Of a DNA stretch of 64,000 bases, positions 50,199-59,558 are shown piece by piece. The DNA lies in the NCBI GenBank assembly GCA_026936335.1, contig JAPMXV010000039.1, positions 62,001 to 126,000 of the forward strand. Reading direction: 5' to 3'. How positions within the stretch are numbered: the stretch's first letter is position 1; each line of letters starts with the position of its first letter. Source of the DNA: Mantamonas sphyraenae STR306. Lineage: Eukaryota; Protista; CRuMs. A program made the position numbers and the translations under genes. The notes below the pieces were generated by a model that did no database searches, was not told where the DNA came from, and was given only the letters and a program-made list of their open reading frames with translations.

Positions 50199-50320
50199 TC
50201 AGAGGTGTTCCTCAGCTCATTACGTGCGTAACAAGGTTGGGGAGGCTGCGTTTCCTAGTGCATTGACGTGCGTTCACAACCACTCATCCCGCGGGTTTTG
50301 AACATCTCAATGGATGGATC
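50199..50320 (-). ncRNA. SNORD13: U13/SNORD13-like box C/D snoRNA (18S helix-45 ac4C guide)
   Basis: Minus strand reads GATCCATCC...GTTCA...GGGATGA (C-box-like)...AACCTTGTTACG...CTGA (D box at 50215-50212 or 50202-50199). This is the order of 18S-complementary elements found in U13. Length 109-122 nt; lies in the only large intergenic gap. Confidence 0.75.
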
Positions 50321-50395
50321 TGGTGGAGCAGCGCAGGAAGAACGCCAGCGAGACAAACATTCCCCAAGCACACCCGTGCAGAACCAGCCGCAACG

Positions 50396-52723
50396 ATGCA
50401 CAGTAGCACGGTCGTGCCTGGAACACCTGCCATGATGGACGAGGCGTCCAGAGACAGCAAGAAGCAGGCAGGAGCGGGCAAACAAGTGGGCTCCAAAAGC
50501 CAGAAAAGGAAGGAAAAAACTCGCAGAGGGGACACTTCGGACCAGCTTCGCACGTATGACGAGTGGAAGCCACACCCTGCGGTGTTGGGTACGGATTTCG
50601 ACCAGCGACCCGTGCATTGGATGCTGATTCTCGTGTTTGTTGTGTTTGTGATCTTGCTGGTGGCTATTGTGCTCACGATGCAGACTGCCTACTTCGACAA
50701 CCTCAGCTATTTCTCGGCTGTGGTGGGTCAGTGGCTGGCTGCTGTCCTGCTCATTGTGTTTCTGGCTTGGTGGTTCTTTCGCAAACCCAAGAACACAGAC
50801 ACGGAGCTTGCAGAGGACGCAGCGCCCGCGCAGCAAGGGGTAGACGCTGAGAACGAAATTCGGCGGGTGGAGCTTCTGGAGGATGAGCTGGAAGAGCAGC
50901 GAGCCCGCACGGCGGAGCTTGAACGTCAGCTCAAGGCAAAGGCAGAATCAGACAAGGACACACCCAAGGGAAGCGATGAGGAGGACGATGGGGCACGTGT
51001 GAAGGAATTGGAAAAGGCGTTGGAGGCGGCGCAACGGCGAGCGGCAGAACTGCAGACTCAACTGGAGGCCGGAGGAAGGGACAAGGACGAAGATGGGCGA
51101 GTGAGGGACCTGGAAGAGGAGCTGGCAGCTGTGCGCAAGGAGTTGGAGGCGGAGCAAAAGCGTGTGGCGGCTTTGGAGGCGAGTCCCGAAACGGGTGAGA
51201 GCCAAAAGGAACTTGCGGACGCCAAGGCAGAGTTGGCACGTCGCAAGGACTACGACACGCTGAAACAGCGACTGGTGGCATTGGAGTTCAAGCTGGCCAA
51301 GAGCATCGGACGCAAGGAGAAGCTGAAGCAGACGGTGGAGGAGCTGAACAAGGAGTTGGATTTGGCGCACGAGCAGTTTGAAAAGTCGCAGGAACAGGTG
51401 CTGGAAACCATCCAAATGATGGAAGAGGACCATCGGGTGAACACCGAACTGCAGGCGTCGTTGGATGAGGCAGAGGCAGAAAACGCCAAGCTTGAGGAAA
51501 AGCTGCGTGCACTGGGCACGGAGTTGGACGATGCGCTGCACAAGCTGCACGACGTGGAGGAGACGAATGCAGGTGCAGTCGCTGGTGGAAGCTCTGGTGC
51601 GGATCTGAGTTTGGAGCAACTGCTGGAGAGGCTGCAAGAGGCGCTGAAGGGATTGGACGAGTTGAGCAGTGATGCGGAGACGCGAGCGGTGCCCGTGCAC
51701 GCGCAACTGTCACAGCTGCTGGGTCACAAGGAAGCAATGCAGGAGCTGGACGGAGTGCAGACGGAGAACAAGGCGCTGAAGAAGGAACTGGAGGCGCAGC
51801 AAGAGAAGCTTGGACAATGGGCACCCACGCTGGTGATGGTCGGGGTCACGTTGCAGGGAGCCGATCTGCAGGACGAGGCGCTGATGGACCAGTTGGAGGC
51901 ATTGAAACTTGTGGCGGATGCGCTGAACAGCGAGAACAAGGTGCTGCGTGATAGGCTGGCAGAAATGGAGGCTCGCGAGCCACAGGTGGAGTACGTGACG
52001 CTGCTGGAGCGTGTGGAGACGCTGACACGCGAGATTGTGGAGCGCGAGACGACAATCCACGAGCTGGAGGTGCGCGTGGTGACGGTGACGAAGGAGTACG
52101 ACGAGCTTGCCGAGGCCGTGGATGCGCAAGAGTGCGGCAACTGCAAGCTGTTGGAGAAGCAGGTGGGTCAGATGGAGCAGGCCAAGAAGGATGCCGAGGC
52201 GGAGTTGGAGGCGTTGAAGGAGTTTATGGAGGCGGAGAAGAAAGTGTGCCATCAGGAGAAGGAGGAGCTTCAGCGGCAGATTGCCGAGCTGCATGACCGT
52301 CTGAAGCAGGTGGATCAGGCGGGTGAAGCAGAGCGAGAGAAGGAGATCAAGGAGGCTTTGGCGACCTATATGAAGCTGAAAGCCAGGCTGGGAATCGAAA
52401 TCGTGGACCATGGCGGCAAGGGAGTGCGCATCTCCACGGTGATGGATGAGCAGAGTGGCGACCTTGCCGGCGCGGAAGTGAACGATGTCATCACTGATGT
52501 GGATGGCCATCCCATCCGATCGCGCAAGGACTTCCGCAATGTGTTCAAGAACTATGTGTTTGCGGGTGAGGTGGTGCCGTTCCAAGTGCTGCGCAACAAG
52601 CGTGTGCACAGGCAGCTCATGTTCACCGTGGGTGCTCCCGGTTATCTGCCGCTCGAGGTCAAGGCCCTGCGTGACAAGGTGCGACATCTGTTGCCGGACA
52701 AGAAAGGCATGGTCGCGGGTTGA
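50396..52723 (+). CDS. Two-TM, long coiled-coil, C-terminal PDZ-domain protein
   Basis: Intronless 775-aa ORF with two hydrophobic helices and a heptad-rich middle. PDZ-like ARLGIEIVD..GKGVRISTV....GDLAGAEVNDVITDVDGHPI. Confidence 0.75.
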   Translation: MHSSTVVPGTPAMMDEASRDSKKQAGAGKQVGSKSQKRKEKTRRGDTSDQLRTYDEWKPHPAVLGTDFDQRPVHWMLILVFVVFVILLVAIVLTMQTAYFDNLSYFSAVVGQWLAAVLLIVFLAWWFFRKPKNTDTELAEDAAPAQQGVDAENEIRRVELLEDELEEQRARTAELERQLKAKAESDKDTPKGSDEEDDGARVKELEKALEAAQRRAAELQTQLEAGGRDKDEDGRVRDLEEELAAVRKELEAEQKRVAALEASPETGESQKELADAKAELARRKDYDTLKQRLVALEFKLAKSIGRKEKLKQTVEELNKELDLAHEQFEKSQEQVLETIQMMEEDHRVNTELQASLDEAEAENAKLEEKLRALGTELDDALHKLHDVEETNAGAVAGGSSGADLSLEQLLERLQEALKGLDELSSDAETRAVPVHAQLSQLLGHKEAMQELDGVQTENKALKKELEAQQEKLGQWAPTLVMVGVTLQGADLQDEALMDQLEALKLVADALNSENKVLRDRLAEMEAREPQVEYVTLLERVETLTREIVERETTIHELEVRVVTVTKEYDELAEAVDAQECGNCKLLEKQVGQMEQAKKDAEAELEALKEFMEAEKKVCHQEKEELQRQIAELHDRLKQVDQAGEAEREKEIKEALATYMKLKARLGIEIVDHGGKGVRISTVMDEQSGDLAGAEVNDVITDVDGHPIRSRKDFRNVFKNYVFAGEVVPFQVLRNKRVHRQLMFTVGAPGYLPLEVKALRDKVRHLLPDKKGMVAG

Positions 52724-52764
52724 TCCGTTTTGCGGCAATGAAGTGTGTTTTGTTTCGTCATTCG

Positions 52765-53859
52765 TCACGCCACCGTCTGTTGCTTCTGTCTGACATTGCT
52801 TCGCATGGCGTGAAGAGCAGCCAAGCGTTCCTTGGTGCGCTTCAAACTGGCATCCTTTTCCGATCGGCGTTCAATGACCGGCGTGAGCACTTCCTCGTCG
52901 TCGGACGACTCTGCGTCGTCTTGCACCAGTTCGTCAAGTTCCATTTTGCGCACAGCTTCCACATGTGCGGCTACGCTTGATCTCTCCAATTTCACATCGT
53001 CTTCGTCGTCCTCGTCTTCATGGACGTTGCTTGGTGTTCCGCTGCTGGCGGCAGGACTTGCCCCATTTTGGGGTGGGTTCTTCTCGGAGGCCTCCACGGC
53101 CACCGATGCTGATGGGGAGGAAGCCACGGGAGAGGACGATGGATTGTGTGATGTGGTGTGTTCGGGTGTGGTGTGCTCTGTCTGCCGTTGGGGAGCAGGT
53201 TGGGTCCGTTCCAGGGTGTGCTTCTCTTCTACCACCGGTGGCAGTGCATCCACAGCGTTCTCGGCGTGTCGTTCGCCTTCCTTGCGCCCTTCGTTGGGAT
53301 ACCACTCGTCTTCGGTGTCCATTCCACTCTCATCGCCCGTCTCCAAGCCGCTGTCGTCGTCGGAAGCCAGGTTGTCCTCCGGACCGTTGTCCACATTCCT
53401 TCGCCTTTTCCTTCGTCGCCTCCTCTTGCGCTTTCCCTTTTTCTTGCTGGACCGCGAACCCGTCCTTTTGCTGTTGCGCCCCACAGGAAGCATGTATCGC
53501 GGACTCACGTCGCCCTGAGACTCGTCTGCCGACCCAGGGCTTCTTCCAAACAAAAAGCTGGGTGATGGTGGCAACGTCTTCAGCTCCGCCAGTCGCTTGT
53601 GGATGGTTTCGTTTTCCTTCTCGTACGGATTGTTCTGTCGCCACCTCATATACGCTGTGGTTGGCCACTCGTCACCACCGTCGTCGTTCCCCTGCGGCTC
53701 CTGCGGCGTCGTGGGACTGTGCTGTTGTGGCGGTGCATCGGCTGGCTCCAGAGGCCTGGGCGACATCTGCACCACCAGCTCCTCATGTCGTTGACGAGGC
53801 AGCCCCTGTTCCAGATCATGGTGGTGCCATGGCGACTGTGCGTGTTCTGTGTCCTCCAT
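52765..53859 (-). CDS. Hypothetical low-complexity protein with a basic NLS-like stretch
   Basis: Open frame with host-like codons; probable start MEDTEHAQ at 53859; KKKGKRKRRRRRKRRR; no recognisable domain. Confidence 0.55.
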   Translation of the reverse strand: MEDTEHAQSPWHHHDLEQGLPRQRHEELVVQMSPRPLEPADAPPQQHSPTTPQEPQGNDDGGDEWPTTAYMRWRQNNPYEKENETIHKRLAELKTLPPSPSFLFGRSPGSADESQGDVSPRYMLPVGRNSKRTGSRSSKKKGKRKRRRRRKRRRNVDNGPEDNLASDDDSGLETGDESGMDTEDEWYPNEGRKEGERHAENAVDALPPVVEEKHTLERTQPAPQRQTEHTTPEHTTSHNPSSSPVASSPSASVAVEASEKNPPQNGASPAASSGTPSNVHEDEDDEDDVKLERSSVAAHVEAVRKMELDELVQDDAESSDDEEVLTPVIERRSEKDASLKRTKERLAALHAMRSNVRQKQQTVA

Positions 53860-53909
53860 GGGGGGCCGGGGGAATTTTTGGCTTGCGACGGTCGGGGCAG
53901 TGCCATCCG

Positions 53910-55196
53910 ATGCTGCATGCAAACCACCGTCTTCCTGTGCTGTTGCCGGTGCTGGTGCTCGTGATTGTGTTGGGGCCGTGGGTGGGCTGTGGGGTGGCGG
54001 CGGAGACGGAGACGGAGGGGAAACCTGATTACTCGGTGTATCGGGACGCGAAGCGGTTCGAGAGCGATTTGTTGGCGAGGGCAAGCGCACACAGAGCCAT
54101 CATGCGGCTGTACAAAGGCAAGGAAAGCACAGAGGATGGAGATAATCTGTACATGTTGCGGATGAGCAACTTCAACCGGACAACAGGACGCGGTGGGCAG
54201 GCGAAAACGCGTGTGTTGTTGTCGTTCGGAGAGCACGCTCGCGAATTTCTTCCCGTGGAGTTGTTCTTTGAGTTTGTGGACTGGCTGGCTGAGGGATGGG
54301 CAGCCACGTGTCTGTCCCAACACAACTACGCGTCTCGGTTTGTGCTGGACAATGTGGAGCTGTTGATGGTGGGCATGGTCAACCCATCGGGGCGACGACG
54401 ACTGGAGCGGACGGGTGATCACTGCTGGCGCAACAATGGCCGCGGCGTGGACATCAATCGCAACTGTGGGCACAATTTTGGGGGCGTGGGTAGCTCCAGC
54501 GAACCCACGGCTGAGGATTACCGTGGCAAGCATGTGTTCTCCGAGGTGGAGGCACGGTTCATGCGAACGCTGGCCGTCGAACACGGACCTCTGGACGGCT
54601 TTCTGTCTTTGCATTCGGGCATCCAACACATATACTTGCCCTACGCGGACAGCCAAAGCCGTCGAACAGGACGAGTGCCTCGAGAACACGCACGCATGCT
54701 GGAATTGGCACGGCGAGTGAGCAAGGCGGTGGACGACGGCGCATACTTCACTCAGGTGGGCAGTGCCAACCAGCTGATGGAGTACACCGCCGATGGGACA
54801 CTGTACGATTACATGGAATCGGTACACCATGTGCCGTTCAGTCTGGCGGTCGAGTTGTGGGGCGACGGAGCAAACCAACCCAACTGCTTTGCCGGATTCA
54901 ATCCGCCTGCGGCCGAGTTGCCGCGCGTGTTGCAAACCCTGCGTCCACTGGTGTTTGAGTTTGTGGTGCAGGTTGTGTGGCAGCAGACTGGACAGCAATA
55001 CCTCCCCCATGGCCAAACCCAAGACCAGTTGAACGCAATGGGCAAGCTGCAGAAGGACAGGTTCAACGGCAAGTGGCCCAGTTTGTTGGCTCGATTGTGC
55101 GCTGCTTACGACGAGCTGGATTCCATGCAGAGTGTCCTCCAGCAGCTGCAGCACAGCATTAGAGGCCGCAAGAACTCTCCAAAGACGGGCACGTGA
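53910..55196 (+). CDS. Secreted zinc carboxypeptidase (M14)
   Basis: Signal peptide LPVLLPVLVLVIVLG; zinc motif GEHAREF, VNPSG, WRNNGRGVDINRN, FSEVE, FLSLHSG, GTLYDY and VELWG. Confidence 0.9.
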   Translation: MLHANHRLPVLLPVLVLVIVLGPWVGCGVAAETETEGKPDYSVYRDAKRFESDLLARASAHRAIMRLYKGKESTEDGDNLYMLRMSNFNRTTGRGGQAKTRVLLSFGEHAREFLPVELFFEFVDWLAEGWAATCLSQHNYASRFVLDNVELLMVGMVNPSGRRRLERTGDHCWRNNGRGVDINRNCGHNFGGVGSSSEPTAEDYRGKHVFSEVEARFMRTLAVEHGPLDGFLSLHSGIQHIYLPYADSQSRRTGRVPREHARMLELARRVSKAVDDGAYFTQVGSANQLMEYTADGTLYDYMESVHHVPFSLAVELWGDGANQPNCFAGFNPPAAELPRVLQTLRPLVFEFVVQVVWQQTGQQYLPHGQTQDQLNAMGKLQKDRFNGKWPSLLARLCAAYDELDSMQSVLQQLQHSIRGRKNSPKTGT

Positions 55197-55321
55197 GTGC
55201 GTGAATGAGTGAGTGAGCGAGTGAGTGTGTTGGCGATTCCCAATGGATGTGTAGTGTGGACCCACACATGCAGGATGGGGGCTCCCTGCGCGTGTGATGC
55301 CAAAGTCTCTGGTTTTGCGAG

Positions 55322-56999
55322 ATGGGCAAGCACTCAGGCTATGACCTGGTGGTGGCCACCACACACAAGCGACACAAGGAACTGCCACCCATTGTCGGGT
55401 TTGGCGGTGGGTCGCCCGGTGGCTCGGAAAGCAGCCGTGGGTCAGGCGAAAGCGGAGCAGCAGCTGGTGTCGGCGAGACAAACAACGCCAACACGCACGG
55501 AGCAAATGCATGGCGAACCATGATTCAACTGGTAAGTGCAGACACAGTACACAGGGATGCACATGTGCCATGCAGGTGTGCGAGGGAAAAGTCTGTGACC
55601 CGCAGGAGGCTGACAACGTTTCGGACCGTTGGCCGAAATCACCATCCCGCAACACACCCAGGGGGCGTTTGACGTTGCGGACGACGAGCACTCGCCATCC
55701 CAGAGCGACGAGGATGAGCGCAAATACAACGAACGGCCGCAAATGACAGAAGAGCAGCTGGAGGCACTGCGGTTCAAGCGTGAACGGCAGCGGAAGCTTC
55801 GAGAGGTGGGTTTTGTGTGTGGGTGGAATGGTTGGGTGGTACACCCGTCGTTGGGAGAAGGGACGAGGGCTCACATGGGAGGGGCAATGGTCCACTGTGT
55901 GCGAATGCAGCAACAAGAGGCGTTGAAGAAGCTCCACGAGGAGTTTCAGATGGAGTTCCCACAGGATAAGTATCACAACCTGCGGTACAACATCTCGTAC
56001 GCTCGCAACTATCGTATTAACAACAAACACGAGAGCAAACGGCACACAATGACAACTGGGGAGGGAATGGACAGGGGAAGGGAGGGTGGGGGCCGACGCG
56101 GGAGCAGCATGCGAGACAGCAGGGAGACGGGGTTGCTGCTGCCAGGCTACCAATCGCCTGCGTTTGATGTGCGGCGTGCATCGTACACACCCAACTTTGC
56201 CGCCGCGCGACGGGGCCACGACAAAGATGCAGACCAGGCGGCGCTGGAGGCGGAGCAGCGTGTGCGCAAACGCAATGCTCGGCACAAGGCAGAGCGACGA
56301 CGAGTGATGGATCAGCTCATTGAGAACCAGCCGTCGTCGTTGAGGGCCATGATGGTTCAGAAACTGCTCAAGGATGAACGGGAGCAGGAAGAGGGCAACG
56401 AAAACGGTGACGAGGACGATGATGATGAGGAGGAAGAACAAGACGAGTGGTCGTCGGAAAGTTCGAGTTCGGAGGAGGAAAACGAGCAGGCACGGGTGGA
56501 GAAGCTGCGTGCACCGCGAGTGGGACGCAAGTCACGGCGAGTGTCTGACGCAGAGGCCTTTGACATCATGTGGTCTCGCGAGCTGGAGGAACAGCGTCGG
56601 TTGAAACACAAGGAGACACAACGGGCCATCCGCAAGCAGCGGCGAGCAGAACGCAAGCTGCGCGAAGAGAGGCGGCGAGAGCGGGCGCAGAAACGATCCA
56701 AACAGCAGCGGTTGAGCGAAGATGAATGGGCGAGGTTGAACAAACTGCTGCCAGGAGGCATGCTGCTGCCCAACGAGGCTGCCAAGCCCAAGAAGGGCAA
56801 GAAGAAGGGCAAGAACAAGAAGAAGCAGGAGGCGAGCGACAAGAACAGCAACACCACAAGCAGCAGCAGCACAACAATGGCCAAGAAGGACGACGAAGGA
56901 AAGCCACGTGTGCACTCGGCTTCGTCTCAGTCCTCGGCGCACCGCGGTCGCATGCGCATGAACAGCCAACTCGCAAGGGTGATGGAAATGGATGAATGA
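55322..56999 (+). CDS. Hypothetical charged/coiled-coil protein
   Basis: Exons 55322-55531, 55662-55805 and 55911-56999 splice in frame (GTAAGT and GTGGGT donors, CTGAC branch-like motif). No recognisable domain. Confidence 0.6.
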
Positions 57000-57096
57000 G
57001 TGTGTTGTTGCGCACCCCACCCGTTTGTTGGAATGTTGTTGTTGTCGGCTGCAAGCGTGTGTGGAACAGCGAACGAAAAACACGTCAGGCAATCCC

Positions 57097-57933
57097 TCAC
57101 AAGCCCAGTCGTCGTGTTGCACGGTCTCCCCATGACGTGTGATGCTCCCTTTCGTGCATCCAGTCGTCTCTGCAGTCGAAGCAGTACACCGTCTCGTATG
57201 CTGTGTCGTAGTTGATTTCCGAGCAAAACGTGCAGTAGAACTCATCGCACTGATCACACTGCCTCACGCACGTCTCGCACGTCGACTGCCGGCAGTATGC
57301 ACACGGCACAGTCTCTGTCAGCGTCTTGCACAGGAAGCACGTGTCTTCTTGCGCCCCCTCCATGTGTGTCGACTCCACGCTTTCGTCGTCTGCCACGCCC
57401 CCGCCGCTTTCCATGATCAGCTGAATCGTGTGCTCTGCAGAGCCCAATTTTCGCACACCCCCCCCCCACAGCCGAAAATTCGGAAGCGCCCGCCCCCATC
57501 TGGTGTTAGAGAATGCCCATTGACTTGTCCGCCATGCGGGAGGGAAGCCACCACACACACACGTACCGTGGATATAATCATAGTCGTAGGCCACGTTCTT
57601 GGACGGGGCGTCTGCGCGATCATCCATGGAGCCGCGACGTTTGCGCCCGTAGGCTGGCTCGTATGCACTCTCCTCGTCCATACCGTCGTCGTGTGCAGCC
57701 ATGGCATGGCGTTCAAACTCCGCAAACTCCGTCTGCCCTGTGTCACGTCGCCTGTAGCCGCCACGTCGAGACGACGACGACGCTGTCGAGGACGAAGACG
57801 ACGAAGACGACGCTGAGCTCACGTACTCTTCAAACTGCACATCGTGCACACATCGATGTCAGGGGAGGGAGGGAGGGGGGTAGGGGGGGAGAAGGGGAGT
57901 GGGGCGTTCGGTGGGGGAATGGGAGCGTACCAT
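57097..57933 (-). CDS. Siva-like Cys-rich zinc-finger protein
   Basis: Exons 57933-57931 (ATG only), 57834-57567 and 57434-57097. C-terminal CFLC...CAYCRQSTCETCVRQCDQCDEFYCTFCS.INYD..YETVYCFDC has the Siva Cys spacing; IHEHTIQLIM resembles Siva VFEKTxxLLF. Confidence 0.7.
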
Positions 57934-57989
57934 GCGGGTGTGTGGGGTAGTCGAGAAAAGCTGGTTCGCCAGCCGCACCAATCTTTCCA

Positions 57990-59460
57990 ATGCGTCCGCA
58001 CATCTTCGTTTTCCTGTGTGTGTTGACTGCGCTGTTATGCGTGCATGTCGCCCAGGCCGCCTATTGCCATAACAAACCAGTGCCGCCGTCGCCGCCGAAT
58101 GAACAGCCCATCTACTCCGGTTCGCCCGAGCTCGTGCGTTCCGTAGCCAATGGCAAGCTGATGATGGTTGGGCCCGCTGGAGACCGTATCAACGTGCTCC
58201 ATCTGTACGGCACAGCCAAGGAGATGGTCAGTGCAGAGAAGAAAGCCATCCCACAAACCCACAACACCCAGTTCTTTTTCGCTCCTCGCGCCGAACGTCC
58301 GTTCTCACCCGCGTTTTCTCGTTTTCTTTGTCTCTTCTCTCCTCCTTCATTTGCAGGGATTCGCCCATGGCCAGCTCATGCACAAGGAGATCCAAGAGCT
58401 TCTGCCAGTGATGTACGAGCACATGTATAAGCAGATCGACAGCTCCCTGGATTTCTTGCCCAAGGACATCCGCCACCTGGTGGAAAAGTACGGCCTTGAG
58501 GCGGCGTTGGATCTTGTGGTCGATGCCACCAGACCGTGGACACCGCAGTACTGGTTCGATGAGATCGAGGGGCTTGCGGAAGGTGCACAAGTGGATGCTC
58601 GACAACTGCGCAACTTGCAGTACATCGGCGAGCTCCTGAAAGGGTCATGCTCCATGCTGGGCGTGTGGGGCGACTCACTTGCTCCGGGCGGATACAACCG
58701 ATCAGCGACGATGCTTCAGCTGCGTGCGTTGGACTGGGACATGGAGGCACCCGTCATCAACCTGCCCGCACTGGTTGTGTACCATCCCAACGACCCAAAG
58801 TATCCGCAGCTGCACGAGGCGGTCAACGTCGCCTTTGTGGGATTTGTGGGCGGCCTCACCGGTGTGAGCATCAAACAGCTCGGCATCAGCGAGATTGGGG
58901 TCTATTTCAGCGACGATACGTTTGGCAGCGAATCCCGCTTTGGTGAACCGTTTAACGCTCTCATCAAGGACATCCTGCTTGTGGACAACACCCTGGAGGA
59001 TTCGATCACGCGCATCCAAAACACAAAGCGCACTTGTGACCTCATTCTGGGTGTTGGGGACGCAAAGGCTCCGGGGAACGACTCGTTCCGGGCCTTTCAG
59101 TACTCCGCCTCTGTGGCCAACGTGTTCAGCGATCAGAATCAGCAACCGACGGCCGAGTGGCATCCGCGCATCCCCAACATGGTGTACTACGCCATGGACT
59201 GGCAATGTCCTGCCCAGACACAGGCCATGGCCAACCAGTTGAAGCAGCTCGACGGACAGCTCTCTGTGGAGACCATCATTCGTGATGTGGCACCCAAGAC
59301 ACTGACCGGCGACACACATATCTGTGTGTACGACATGGCCAACTGGAACATGTTCTGCGCCCACGCACGTCAAGCTGGTGTGAACACCGGCTCCCCCAAC
59401 GCCTATCTGCGCACATACATTCACCACGACATGCGTGCCATGTTTGCAGAGACCTTGTGA
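57990..59460 (+). CDS. Secreted Cys-nucleophile Ntn hydrolase (C45/acid-ceramidase-like, Dictyostelium dcd1-like), copy 1
   Basis: Exons 57990-58226 and 58357-59460. Signal peptide, VLHLYGT..EM-GFAHGQL, EIEGLAEG, ELLKGS|CSMLGVWG, QLRALDWD and RTCDLILGVGD. Confidence 0.85.
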
Positions 59461-59558
59461 GGACACTGAGAGTGCCCTTCAACAACAACAATCCGAACAC
59501 TGCTGGGGGAAGCCCGCCAACCCGAGCTCAACCAAAAAAACACACTCCAATCTCGCCA

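Noticed and set aside
50227-50238. cgtaacaaggtt as an SSU rRNA gene fragment
   Set aside because: Only 12 nt match with non-rRNA flanks; better explained as the antisense guide of the U13-like snoRNA on the opposite strand.
52965-54090. Apparent 1.1-kb antisense overlap of two long ORFs
   Set aside because: The signal peptide places the carboxypeptidase start at 53910 and the minus gene plausibly starts at 53859, so the genes are divergent and need not overlap.
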